NCBI GenBank assembly: GCA_013265495.1
Contig: MU057840.1
Location: 1 to 64,000 of the forward strand
Source of the DNA: Vicugna vicugna
Lineage: Eukaryota
Length of the DNA stretch: 64,000 nucleotides
Direction of reading: 5' to 3'
In this document: positions 24,930 to 38,949 of the stretch, one piece after another
How positions within the stretch are numbered: the stretch's first letter is position 1
How the letters are laid out: each line of letters begins with the position of its first letter
Notes under the pieces: model-generated
What the model was told of the DNA's origin: nothing
The model's input: only the letters and a program-made list of their open reading frames with translations
Database searches by the model: none
Program-made: the position numbers and the translations under genes

Positions 24930-26800
24930 TATGATTGCATCAAAAATAAAATACCTAGGAATAAACTTAACACAGAAGGTGAGAGATCTTCACACTATTA
25001 ACTGTAAGGCACTGATGAAAAAACTGAGGACAACAATAAATGAAAAGTTACTTTGGGCTCGTGGATTGGAAGAATTCATATTGTTAAAATGTTCATGTCA
25101 CTTGAAGCAATCTACAGGTTCAATGTAATCTCTACTAAAATTCCAATGAGATATCCCCCAGAAACAGAACAAACAATCCTAAAATGTGTATTAAGCCACA
25201 AAAGACCCAAGTAGCAATCTTAAAAAACAATCTTGAGAAAGATGAACAAAGCTAAAGGTATCACGTTGATTTAAAATGCTACAGAGCTACAATAATCAAA
25301 ACAATATAATACAGACCTTAATAAGGACAAATAGATCAACGCAATAGAACAGAGAGCCCAGAATTAAACCTGCATATCAGTGATCAATTGGTTTATGACC
25401 AAGAAGCCAGGAAGGGTGTGGGGAAAGGACAGCCTCTTCAATCAATGGTGTTGAACAAAATGGACAGAAACCTGCAAAGAGTGAAACCAGACCCTATTTT
25501 ATACCATTGACAAAAATCAACCAAAATGGTTTAAAGATTTGAACGGAAAACCTGAAATTATCAAACTCCTATGAGAAAACACATCAGTAAATTTCTTGAC
25601 ATTGATCTTGGTTATGATTCTTCAAATTTCACACCAAAAGCAAAGACAATACAAGCAAAAATAAGTAACTACATCAAACTTCACAATTTCTGCACGGCAA
25701 ACAGAATAATAAGAAATGAAAAGGCAACCTATGGAATGAGAAAAAATATTGGCAAATTATATCACTGATAAGGACTAATATCCAAAATACACGAACTCAT
25801 ACTACTCAATCCAAAAAAACAAACAATATGATTAATAAATGTGCAAAGGAACTGAATAAATATTTTTCCAAAGAAGACATACAAATGGCCAGTAGGGACA
25901 TAAAATGCTGCTCCACGTCACTAATCATCAGGGAAATGCACATCAAAGTGACAAAGAGGTATCACCTCACACCCGTTAGAGTGGCTGTCATCAAAAAGAC
26001 AGACACAACCTGAGTTGGAGAGGATGCAGAGATTAGGAAACCCACATACACTGTTGGTGGAAATGTAAGTTCGTATAGCCATTATGGAAAACAGTATGGA
26101 GGTTCCTTAAAAAAAATTAAAAACAGAACTATCATATGATTCAGCAATTCCACTTCTGGGTGTACATCCACAGAAAGTGAAAATAGAATTCAGAGAGGTA
26201 TCTGCACACCCATTGTCATGCGGCATTATTCCCGATAGTCAAGAGACAGAAACTAAATGACCACCCAAGGATGCACGGATATGGAAGTCACACACACTCA
26301 AGTGGAATATTAACCAGCCATGACAAAGAAGGAAAGCCTCCTATTTTCCAAACAACACGGATGGAACTTGAGGGCATTATGCAAAATAAATAAGCCAGAC
26401 TGCGTGGTATCAGGCAGATGAGAAATCTAAAAAAGAAAAAGTGAATTTCAAAGAAATAGAGAGTAGAAAAGTGACTGCCAGTGAATGGAGGGTGGGGAAA
26501 TAATGAGAGGCTGGTAAAAGGCTAGAAACTTTCAGCAATGAGAAGAATAAGCTTTGAGGATCTAATGTTACATATGGTGACTATAGTTGACAACACTTAC
26601 TGTATAATTAATGCTTCTCAACCAACAACAACAAAAAAAAAGACAAATATTTGAGCTGATGTGTGTTAATTAACTACGTGGAGAGAATCCTGTTACTGTG
26701 AGTATGTGTATCAAACCACTGTGACATACAGTATGTTTTCTACACGTATCTGTCAATTATGCTTTACTAATACTGAAATTTTAAATGTAAAAATAAAAAT
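24930..26800 (+). mobile_element. Older L1 (L1MA-like) ORF2 3' half and 3' UTR
   Basis: [22 protein letters not shown]...RYHLTPVR in the ORF track. Confidence 0.88.
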
Positions 26801-28611
26801 CAATGCATGAGATTTTACAATCTTTTTACCTGATTTTCCCAGTTAGTAATTAGCCTAGACATTATTTATTCTGTAAACAGTTAACCAATCCTAGAAGTCC
26901 ACCTCAATCCAACATATTACTAAGACCAATTTGATCCAGACTCTCTGATAAAAACTGGGGTTGAAAACAAAGTGAAAATCCTACATATTATGGTGAATTG
27001 ATAGAAATTTCAATACTCATCCTGTTGTAATTGTTGGTTGTGAAAACTCTGGCAAGTCACTTAGGTAATATGAATCTCAATATTCACGTGTATTTATTTG
27101 AAGTTACAAGAAGCAGCATTGGGTTTGGGGAAGAATTTTGCAAACTGGGAAAAGCATATATGGAAAGCAAGTATCTTACTTGTCTTGAATGAAACAAATA
27201 ATCCTTTATTATTTTGTTATTTATTGGATGGACAGGTATTTAGCTTGGTGAAAAGTATTTTGCACATAAATAATAAGATGTACCCAAATGGCATTCACTG
27301 ATACCTGTTTTAAAGATTTCTATTATCAATAAATTAACTATATTTTAAGGCTCTGATACTTTAAGCCTAATGCACTGCTTATTGAATACACAGTATTTCT
27401 AAGGTCTTTCAGAATCTTCAAGATTTTATTTTTATTTCTGCTTCATCCATCTTTAACAGTTGTCTGTCTATGAAGGGTAATGCTAGAATATTTACTTAAT
27501 AAGAATACCCCGTCCATCTTTTATACTTAATGATTAATGCACACCCAATACAATTCATATTTAAATTCCTTTAATGCTTTTCCATTTAATTTTTAAAGTA
27601 CAACAGTTGAACCATTGGGAGAAATCACTTACTAACACAGAGAACTTTATTTTAGTATTCTCTGTGTCATATAATTCAGGCATAGAGTTAAAGAGAAGTT
27701 TGTAAAAACCCCTACTGAAACCACAATCATTGTTACTTTTTTACAAAGAGCTGTTGGTGTTTTGAGTTGCCTTTCCCTTGAATATCAAAAACTACCAGTG
27801 GGAATATGCAGGTGCATTTACACAAATGGCTGCCCTTGATGAAAACACAGAAGTTCATGTGATCTTCAACTTACTTTCTCAGTTATATACAAAAGTGGAA
27901 TTTTTAAAAAAAACTTCTATTGAAGCATAGTTGACTTACAATGTTAGTTTCTGGCGTATAGCAAAATGATTCAGTTATGCATATACATACATCTATATTT
28001 TTTCTTTTCAGAGTCTTTTCCACTTTATATGACAAATATTTCACCACAGTTCCCTGTGCTCTACAGTAGGTCCTTGTTGTTTAACTGTTTTATATATACT
28101 AACTTGTGTGTTAATCCCCAATCCCTCATTTAGCCCTCCCTGCCTGAAAAATGGATGCTTAAATATTGTGATAGGCATAAGACTGTACAAAAAAGGAACA
28201 GTAAAAAGAAAGTTAAGCAACCAAACAGCAACTGAGCCATTTATATCTAATCCTTAGACAGATGTGATTTTTAAATTTAATTTTACAGAAATCATCAAAC
28301 AAAAAATGGTATTGTAAGTTATTATTGTTTGCTGCAAACAATATAACTTTACTACAGGAAACATTAAGGAAACAGACTTTTACTTCTATGGTTGACAATA
28401 CAGCTCTACTTATACATACTACCATTACTCAAAGCATCTGATGTAATTGTTATCACACGTTTATATCTGGTGTTATTATATTATTTTGGTAGTATTGTCT
28501 CAATATTTCTTTAATTTATTGGATATATATTAAGAAATATTTATTATTATATACATTATTTTGGTTGCTGCTCCCACAATTACAATCACACAATCATAAA
28601 GAGCTTATGCA

Positions 28612-30541
28612 GTCGCTTTTAAAATAGCACCCAAATGAATAAAATACCCAGAAATAAATCTAACCAAGGAGGTGAAAGACTTACACGTGGAGAACTGCAA
28701 AACATTGATTAAGGAAATTAAAGAAGACTTAAAAAAACAGAAAGATATCCCATGCTCCTGGATTGGAAGAACCAGTGTTGTTAAAATGAACACACTGCCC
28801 GAGGCAATCTACAGATTTAATGCGACCCCTATCAAACTACCCAGGACGTATTTCACAAAACTAGAACAAATCATATTAAATTTATATGGAATCACAAAAG
28901 TCCCAGAATTTCCAAAGCATTACTGAAGGAAAAGAAAGAGGCTGAAGGAATAACCCTCCTAGACTTCAGACAATATTAGAGCTACAGTAGTCAAAACAGC
29001 ATGCTATTGGTACAAAAACAGATATATGGACCAATGGGTACAAAAACAGACATACAGACCAACAGAACAGAACAGAGAGCCCAGAAAGGAACCCACAAAC
29101 TTTTGGTCAACTAATCTTTGACAAAGGAGGCAAGAACATACAATGGAATAAAGACAGTCTCTTCAGCAAATGGTGCTGGGAAAACTGGACAGCAGCATGT
29201 AAAGCAATGAAGCAAGGAAGCTAGCTTTCTTACGCCATACACAAAAATAAATTCAAAATGGATCAAAGACTCAAATGTAAGACAAGATACAATAAACCTC
29301 CTAGAAGGAAACATAGGCAAAACATTATCTCACATACATCTCAACAATGTGCTCCTAGGGCAGTCTATCCAAGCAACAGAAATAAACGTAAGAATAAACA
29401 AGCAGGACCTAATGAAACTTATAAGCTTTTGCATAGCAAAGGAACCCATAAGCAAAACAAAATGACAACCTACAGAATAGGAGAAAATATCTCCAACAGA
29501 TGCAACTGACAAAGGCTTGATCTCCAGAATATATAAGCAGCTCATATGACTTAATAAGAAAAAAAACAAAAAACCCAACCCCAAAATGGGCAGAAGACCT
29601 AAACAAGCAATTCTCCAAGGAAGACATATGAATCATCAATAGGCACATGAAAAACTGCTCAATATCACTAACTATCAGAGAAATGCAAATCAAAAACTCC
29701 AATCAGCTCTCACCTCACATCAGTCAGAATGCCCATCATTCAAAGGTCCACAAATGACAAATGCTGGAGAGGCTGTGGAGAAACAGGAACCCTCCTACAC
29801 TGCTAGTGGGAATGCAGTTTGGTGCAGCCACTGTGGAAAACAGTATGGAGATTCCTCAAAAGACTAGGAATAGACTTACCATATGACCCAGCAATCCTAC
29901 TCCTGGGCATATATCCAGAAGGAATCCTACTTTAAAAAGACACGTGCACCCCAATGTTCACAGCAGCACTATTTACAATAGCCAAGACATGGAAACAGCC
30001 TAAATGTCCATCGACAGATGACTGGATAAAGAAGTTGTGGTATATTTATATAATGGAATACTATTCAGCAATGAAAAATGACAACACAATGCCATTTGCA
30101 GCAACATGGATGTCCCTGGAGAATGTTATTCTAAGTGAAGCCAGAAAAATATCATATGATATCACTCATATGTGGAATCTAAAAAAAAAAAGGAGACAAA
30201 TGAACTTAAATATAAAACAGAAACAGACTCATAGACATAGAATACAAACTTGTGGTTGCCAGGGGTGAGGGGGGGTGGGAAGGGACAGACTGGGAGTTTG
30301 AAATTTGTAGATACTGACTGATATATATAGAACAGACAGACAAGTTTATACTGTATAGCACAGGGAAATATATATAGATCTGTGGCATCTCATGGAGAAA
30401 AAGAATGTGACAATGAATATATGTATGTTTATGTATGACTGAAAAATTGTGCTCTACACTGGAAATTGACACAACAGTGTAAACTAACTATAACTCAGTA
30501 AAATAAAATTGAAAAAAAAAGAATATTAAAAAAAAAAAAAA
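28612..30541 (+). mobile_element. L1 ORF2 3' half with poly(A)
   Basis: [30 protein letters not shown] tail to 30541. Confidence 0.92.
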
Positions 30542-30544
30542 GAT

Positions 30545-33500
30545 GTCCTGGGGTCTCCTCCTCCTCCCAACGCCAGAACCCCAGGCTGGGGAGCCTGATG
30601 CTGGGCTTATAACTCTCACTCCTGTGGGAGGTTCTCTGTGACTTATTCTTCAGCTTGTAAGTTGCCCACACCGGGGGGTATGGGGCCCAACTACATCATG
30701 AGAATGCCCCTCCCACCATCCTGCTGTGGTTCCCTCTTTACGTTTCCAGTTGAAGATCTTTTTTTGCTAGGTTCCAGTCTTTTTTCCAATGCTTATTTAA
30801 CAGTCAGTTGTGGTTTCACTGTAGTCACGAGGAGAGGTGAGCTCATGGAAGCCTATCAGCTAGCTTTCAGCAGTCATTACAGGACAGAAGGAATAGCCAT
30901 GATATACTTACAGCACTCAAAGGGAAAAACCTAGAATCCAGGCTACCTACTCAGCAAAGTTATTTATCAAAACTGAAAGAGACTTAAAGAGCTTCTCAGA
31001 TGAGTAAAAACTAAGTGTTCATCAATTCTAAACTGACCTTACAAGAAGTATTAGGTTTTCTTTATGTGAAAAAGAAAAAGAAATAAGAACTTATATAAAG
31101 AGGAAAATCCCACTTTAAAGTAAAAATGGAGCAATAGCTGTGAATCAAGCACTTAAAGAAGCTGCTACAAAGGCTAAAAAACAAAAATTGTAAAAACAAC
31201 TATACTTGCAATAAACACTTATAGGAGGCACATGAAGATGTAAAAAATAAAACTAAAAAAAGAGGAGAGAGGGAGTAAAACAGTAGATCTTTTAGAACTT
31301 ATAGGACCTTAAACGATAATCTCTTTAAAACAATCAGATACGTAACAGAGCAACTTATATGAACCTCATGGTAACCATAAATCGAAAACCTACATTACCT
31401 ATGCAAAAACAAGTAAGAGAAACACAAATGTAACAATAAAGAAAATCAACTAACCATAAGAAAAGAGTATGAAAGAAGGACAGAGAAGAACTACAAAAAC
31501 ATATAGCAAGGTGGCAGGATATAACATTAACATGCACAAATGAGGTGCATTTCTTTACACTAACAATGAAATAGTAGGAAAAGAAAGTAAAGAAACAATC
31601 CCTTTTAAAATTATATCCAATAAACAATAAAATACTGAGGAATAAGTCTGACCAAGCAGGGGAAAGATTTATCCATGGAGAACTACAAAACATGGATTAA
31701 AGAAATTAAAGATGCCTTAAAGAAATGGAAAGATATCCCATGCTCTTGGACTGGAAAAATTAACATTGCTAAAATGGCCATACCACTCAAGGCAATCTAC
31801 AGATTTAATGTGATCCCTATCAAGTCACCCAGGACATTTTTCACAGAACTAGAACAAATAATCCTAAAATTTCTGTTGAATCACAAAAGACCCAGAATTG
31901 CCAAAGCAATATTGAAGAAAAAGAATGAAGCTGGAGGAATGAGCCTCCCAAACTTCAGACTATTCTACAGACCTACAGTAATCAAAACAGTGTGGCACTG
32001 GCATAAAAACAGACATATAGGTCAATGGAATAGAAAAGAAAGCCCAGAAGTAAACATGCAGACCTACAGTAAATTCATCGTCGACAAAGGAGGCAAGAAT
32101 ATACAATGGAGAAAAGACAGTCTCTTCAGCAAGTAGTGTTGGGAAAACTGGACAGCAGCATGGAAATGAATGAAGTTAGGACACTCCCTCACACCATACA
32201 CAAAAATAAACTCAAAATGGCTTAAAGACTGAAATGTAAGACATGACACCATGAACTAGAAGAGAACACAGGCAAAACATTCTTTGACATAAACTGTAGC
32301 AATGTGTTCTTAGGTCAGTCTCCCAAGGCAAGAAATAAAAGCACAAATAAACAAATGCGACCTAATCAAACCTAAGTTTTTGCACAGCAAAGCAAACCAT
32401 AAAGAAAATGAAAAGACAAACTACAAAATCAAAGAAAATATTTACAATCAATGTGACCAAAAAAGGCTTAATTTCTGAAATACACAAATAGCACATAAAA
32501 CTCAACAACAACAAAACAAATGACCCAAACTCTAAAATAGGCTGAAGACCTAGTCATTTCTCCAAAGAAAACTACAAATGGCCAACAGGCACATGAAAAG
32601 ATGCTGAACACTGCTAATTATTAGAGGAATTCACATCAAAACTACAATGAGGTATCACCTCACACCAGTCAGAATGGCCATCATTAAAATGTCTACAAAT
32701 AATAAATGCTGGAGACACTGGGCAAAAGGGAACCCTCCTACACTGTTGGTGGGATTGCAAATTGGTATAACCACTAAGGAAAATGGTATGGAAGTTCCTT
32801 AAAAAACTAAAAATAGAGCTATCAGGTGATCCAACAATCCCATTCCTGGGCTTATCCAGAGAAAACATTAAATTAAAAAGACACACACATCCCAATGTTC
32901 AAGCAGCGCTATTTACAGCAGCCAAGACAGGGAAGCAACTTACATGTCCCTTGTTAGATAAATGGATAAGTGTTTTATATATACATCTATGTATACACAC
33001 ACACACACACTAGAATACTACTCAGCCATAATAAAGAATGAAATGATACCATTTGCAGCAACATGGATGGACATACTAAGTAAGTTGGTTAGATAAAGAT
33101 AAATACCATATGATATCACTTATATGTGGAATCTAAAATATGCCACAAATTAACTTATTTATAAAACAGAAATAAACTCACAGACATAAAAAACAAACTT
33201 ATGATTACCAAGTGGAAAGCAAGAGGGAGGACAAATTAGCAGTTTTGGATGAGCAGATACAAACTACTACATATAAAATAAATAAAAAACAAGGTCCTAC
33301 TATACAGCACAGGGAAACTTTTGCAATATCCTGTAACAAACCATAATGAAATAGAATGTGAAAAGGAACACACACACACACACACATATATATATATCTG
33401 AATGACTATGATGTACACATTCAAACAAAATATTATTTGTGAATTAAGCCATCATATAAACATAATAGAACAGTAGACTATATTGAAAAATGCAAGACTG

Positions 33501-35170
33501 GTCAAGATTCAAAAATAATTGTGTAAATTATCCTATTAGCAGAAAAGCACAATGAGAAAACAATAATTAAGTAGGATAAATGTAAAAAGGTATTTAATAA
33601 ACTCATTGACTAGCCATGAAAATAACTCTTAACAAAACTGTAGAAGAAAGCAACTTCCATTACAAAGTGAAAATCATCAAGAGAACGGCGTTGGCTTGGA
33701 AACAGACACATATATCAATGGAACAGAACAAAGCTCATAAAGAAACCCGTGCATATATGATGAATAATTAACAACAAGGGAGCCAAGAATATACAATGGG
33801 GAAAGGACAGTCTCTTCACTAAGTGATGCGGGGAAACCTGCATAACTACATGCGGAAGAATGAAATTGGACCCCTGTCTTATTACCAAACACGAAAGTCA
33901 ACTCAAAATGTGTGAAGGACTTGAATGTAAGACCTGAAACCATAAAACTACCATAAGAAATTATAGGCAGTAAGCTCCCTGACATCAATCTCGGTGATGA
34001 TTTTTTGGATTTGACACCAAAAGCAAAGGAAACAAAAACAAAAATAAGCAAGTGGGGTTACATCCAGCTTAAAAGCTTCTGCACAGCAGAAGAAATCAAC
34101 AATAACATGGAAAGGCAACTTACTGAATGGGAGAGAAGAACTGCAAGTAATATACCTGAAAAGGGTCTGACATACAAAACATAAAAAACTCCTACAACTC
34201 AAATAACAGCAACAAAACCCCCAATCTGATTAAAACATGAAAAGGACCAATGGCCCTTATCACAAAGGAAACAGAAATCAATACCACAACAAGATGTCAC
34301 CTCACATGTGTTAGAACAACAATTATCAACAAGACAAAATGTAGCAAGTGTTGGCAAGACACGGAGAAAAGGGAAACCTGTGACTGTTGGGAACGTAAAT
34401 TAGTGAAGCCACAGTGTAAAACAATATGGAAGTTTCCCAAAATATTAAAAATAGGGCTACTATGTGATCCAGCAATTCCACTCTTATTTATCTGAAAGAA
34501 ATGAAAACACTAACTTGAGACAGTACCTGCATGTCCATCTGAACCGCAGCATTAATGACAATAATCAAGATATGGAAACAACTAAAGTGTCCATCAGTGG
34601 ACAAATGGACAAAGGTAATCTGGTATGTCGTGTGTGTGTGTCTATATATATGTATGTATGTATATATATATAAATACCATTAAGTCATTGAAAAGAATGA
34701 AATTTCGCTATTTGCATCAACATGGATTGACCCTGAGGGCATTATGCTAGATCAAATAAATTAGATAAACATGCATGACTTCACTTACAGGTGGAAACTA
34801 AATAAGACAAAACCAAAAACAAGCTCATAGATACAGAGAACAGACTGGTAGTTACCAGGTGAGGGGAGTGGGAGAGGGGAAATATTGGTCAGTGGGGTCA
34901 AAACATAGAAATATCCATTTACAAAACAAATAACATGAGGTCATGAAACATACAGCATGGGGACTATAGTAATTATACCACATAAAATATTTGATATTAC
35001 TAAGGGAGTAGAATCTTATCACAAGAAAAAAATGTGTAAATATATATAATGATGGACGTTAACTAACTTGATAGCCATTTCACAATACATTTAAGTATCA
35101 AATCATTATGTTGTATACCAGAACCTAATATAAAGTTATATATTTATATCTCAATAAAAACAAACACAAA
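30545..35170 (+). mobile_element. Cluster of nested or adjacent L1 fragments (antisense 5' piece at about 30545-30850; ORF1 end, ORF2 and 3' UTRs at about 30860-33420 and 33430-35170)
   Basis: ORF 31675-32136 ([19 protein letters not shown]) and further L1 motifs. Confidence 0.85.
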
Positions 35171-36701
35171 AACACTATGCAATTTGTAAAAGGATACATT
35201 TGGGATAACATGAACATTTAGCAACATTAGTAATAATAATAATGGTAACCCTGGGCACTGCCTTTGGTGATCATTGTGCTAACGGTTTAATTCACATTGT
35301 CTCACTTGCAAGATAATCAATCATAAAAAGATCTGTATCATAGATGATTTTTCAGAGAATGAAGCTGTGGCTTGGAGAAGAGTTAAGCAATTTTCCCAAG
35401 ACAGCCAGTGGCAGAGCCAGGACTCAGACCTGTCCTTCAAGTAGCTAAAACCTGGCACCAGAACAAAGTGCACAGACTGACTTTCATCCTACTAGACTAC
35501 ATCTTACTACCTAATCACTTCTGGTCCCAGCTACTTCAGCTCTCTCAACTTCAATTTTCATATACATATAAAACGTAGGATATGAAAACCTGCGTTTCCT
35601 ATCCTGCAAGTTGTATTGAGAAAGAATGGGGTTAACGTTGCTTTGAAAATTGTAATAAGATAAATACAAGGAAGACAGGCAGTGGTCATGGCATAGTGGT
35701 AGCCTCAGCCACAGCAGACGTAGTAAAAGCAGCACAGGTTAGTTCTGGTCTCTGCACAAGATACAAATTGGACACTCCGTTGTTCTTATTCATTTTCTTG
35801 CTAAATAAAAATATCTAAATGAAGCTTAAAAGAGTACAGCACATCCAGAATCAGCTCATTAAGCAGGGAGGGTTTGGGGCGGGCGGGTGGGGCGGGGGGG
35901 AAGTGTACGTTTTGCTTTGCAATAGAAGAGGGCTGCTATTAACTCTAAAAATACAGTGACTGTTTAATTGTGGTTCTGTAGTAAAAATATATTTTGGGTC
36001 CTATTCTTGCAATTTCCGGAGTGGGTAAGGAAGGGGGGGGTGGCAAGGACAGGCTTACTCTACTGCACAGTGACGTATGTCCGCGCTAACACCCCATTCT
36101 AATGAGTCAGCGCAAACACTTCAGGATGAGCAATGTTGGAATAAAGAGAAGGCATCCTGGACCAGGCATTAATTTTCATAGACTCCAGGTGCCCAACTAC
36201 AGGAATCACACACTCAGCAGTTAAACAAAATGCAAACAACATGAGAAGAACATAAAAAGACAGCAAGTTCTTGCTTTTTGTTCAAAAACAAAAGTGACAA
36301 TTCCATTTTGCTTTACAGAAACCTGCAACTGTTCAGGCAGGTCCTGCAGGCGGTTGCAATTATCCAGGTCACCTCAGCTGTAGTTATTCCTCCCCTGGAG
36401 GTAGAAGAACTCTAAATAAAGATTGCCATCTTTATTTCTTTACCAATAGAAATTCCACTCACAGTATTGTCCATGTTCTTCGGAAGGAAACAGACTGAAA
36501 ACTGGCTTTTTACTAGACAAATGCGAAGTGAGGTGCAGACGAAGGAAATAGAAAAATGAATCTAACAAGAGTGAGCATGATGAGTCCAACAATATTTAGA
36601 ATCCAGACAGGAAGAAATAATCTCAGAGCACCATGAACTAGAAAAAAAACAAAAGGAAAGAAGGGAGCTTCCTGAATCTGATTATCTAAGTGAACTGACA
36701 A

Positions 36702-37250
36702 TGGAATAGCAAAGAAGAAACCTTACTCCACACTAGATCCATTCCTTTGACTTTAACCCTGTGTTGTTTCCTAGGCTTAGTCTTGCTGGTTCTGCACCTT
36801 TTGTAAAACAACATTGCCAACAGCCTGAAATAGACAGGAGAGCCTGTTCCCAAGTCTCTGACCTTTAAAGATATTAACACTTTTCCATTCATATAAAGAA
36901 TACAAGTTGCAACATAGAAAATAACACTTGTTTGGTTGGAGGTTTACAGGGACACCATGATCTAACCCACATGCACAGCTGCAAGAACACAGGATTCCAA
37001 GAATAAAGAATTCCTACAAGAAATTTGCAACAACCACGTATTCCCTTTTCCTTTTTTTTTTTTTCTTATTTTAGTATAGAAGAAGTCTTAAGTCTGAGTT
37101 GGAAAAGATGGTTCTCCAGGACATTAATGGGCCATCTTCTTGGTCAGCTGGATTACTGAATAAAGTTGCTATTCCTTGTGCCCCAACACCTCATCTCCTG
37201 ATTTACTGGCCTGTCATGCAGCAAGCAGAACAAGTTTGCACTCAGTACCA
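36702..37250 (+). mobile_element. Solo ERV (probably ERV1-class) LTR
   Basis: TG...CA ends, AATAAA near 37159, collinear similarity to 13499-13927. Confidence 0.8.
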
Positions 37251-38355
37251 ATAACAAACAATACAATTTTTAATAGGCAAATATTGAGAGTTTTCTCTGT
37301 AACCAGAACGAGATGCCAGCTTTCACTCCTGTTCAGTATGTACTGAAGACACTGTCAGGATAAGAATGCAGTAACAACAAAATAGGAGGCATAAAGATCA
37401 AATTTTAAGTGAGGAAACTGTCACTCTGTGTGCATGGCATTATTATGCATGGAAAATCCACCATAATCCAAAGACATTTACAATTAGGAACGGAATTAAG
37501 GCATGGTTACTGGGTTGAGACTCAGTATATAAAATCAACTGGATTATTCTGCATGAGCAAGAAGGAAACAGTAAATAAAATTAACCTGCAAATACTAGAC
37601 TAGAAAACGAGTATCCACAGGAGAAAAGAACCAATAAAAGATTAACTTATACGACATAAAAGAAAATGCTTCAGGCCTCATGGGGCCTGGCCTGTCCACC
37701 CTACAGGGGCCGAGAGGTCTCCCAGCCAGACTGGGTCCAGCCCGGGCTGTGGGGTGCTGTGCACAGGCCGGCAGGGGCCCAACATCGGCCTCCCTGTGCA
37801 GCTGGTGCTCACACCACACTGGCCCTGGTCTAGCACCTCTGAGCCCAGAGGCTCTGGGTGATAGAAATTTTAAAAATAGGTCTTCAAATCAATATAAGAA
37901 AAACACAGAGAACCAACAGAAAGTGAGCAGACAATATGAAGAAAAATAAGCCCAGGAGGCTGACAGACCTTCTGAAAGGTACTCCCCTGATGCCAGTCCA
38001 GGTGAGAGGATCCCAGCAGGGCCCCAGGACAGGAGGGCCAGGAGGCAGGACCACCAGGGAGGTGACAGTGTCCCCTGCTGTGGGAGGGTCCAGGACCCAG
38101 GACTTCCAGTGGGGGCTTCAGGTCTCCTGCCTCAGCCTCGGCCCCCACTGCACCTTCAAGCACAGCCCCACATCACCACCCCCAAGCCGGGGAGGATTCT
38201 GATTGTCCAGGTCAGAGAAAGTCATGTAACATGTGACTGTCACACAAAAGTCAAAGTCTCAACTGTCATCACAGCACTTCCTAAAGAAGAAACCTTAACT
38301 TCACCCTCCAATCAGACAAGAGGTTACAAAACGCTCAAATGAGTATCAGACTCAC

Positions 38356-38472
38356 GTATTCATCGACTGGGTCACCAACAGTAGGAGCGAAAGTGATCCT
38401 GTGCTGAACTGGCCCATCAGCTGGTGGCTGTCTCCCCAAAAACACTCAGATTCCTCGGTCCCCTGCTGGGTC
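38356..38472 (-). pseudogene. COL12A1: COL12A1-like exon from a later FN3 repeat, PSRGPRNLSVFGETATS/ADGPVQ/RITFAPTVGDPVDEY, internal deletions
   Basis: tatttag acceptor, gtgagt donor, 117 nt versus 143 expected. Confidence 0.85.
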
Positions 38473-38808
38473 CTAAATAAATCAACACAATAGAGTCAGT
38501 GGCCTGTCCGTGAGTAGGCGCACACAGGGGTGGAGGGAGGGGTGTAACAGAGCTGTAAGCAGGTCAGAGCGCCTGCACAGGAATGTCACCACTGTCTGGG
38601 GGGTGTGCTCCCTTGTGATAAAATCCACGTCTCCTACAGTTCTCGCATGGACCCGAAAACAGTAGAAAGTGCTCCATTCAGAGCTTTTCAGGCAACAGAG
38701 GCAACACATATTTCAAACAAGTTTCCCTATAATGAAATGGGATCTTAAAAAAAAAAAAAAAAAAGGAAAGAAAAGAAAAAGGGAAGAGAAAGAAAGACTT
38801 AACATTAC

Positions 38809-38949
38809 CTCCATCTCATCTGAGCTTCCAGAAGGGGCCCAGGTGATTCTGCAGAGAGAGACACGTCAGAAGCTCCGTGATCCCATGCCCCTCTGAGACT
38901 CTCTGGTGCTACCTTAGCATCTGCAGGTGTGCTGGGGCTGGTACAGTAC
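38809..38949 (-). pseudogene. COL12A1: COL12A1-like exon TVPAPAHLQ/AKVAPESLRGAWDHGASDVSL/RITWAPSGSSDEME, two frameshifts
   Basis: tggcag acceptor, gtaatg donor, 141 nt (-1, then +2 in a CT run). Confidence 0.88.

Noticed and set aside
24330..28445. Short plus-strand exon-like stretches at about 24336, 27780 and 28290
   Set aside because: The frames are short or interrupted and I recognise no protein; too weak to call.
31675..32136. 153-aa ORF and similar ORFs at 11661, 28672 and 29954
   Set aside because: Fragments of decayed L1 ORF2, not host genes; no intact L1 is present.
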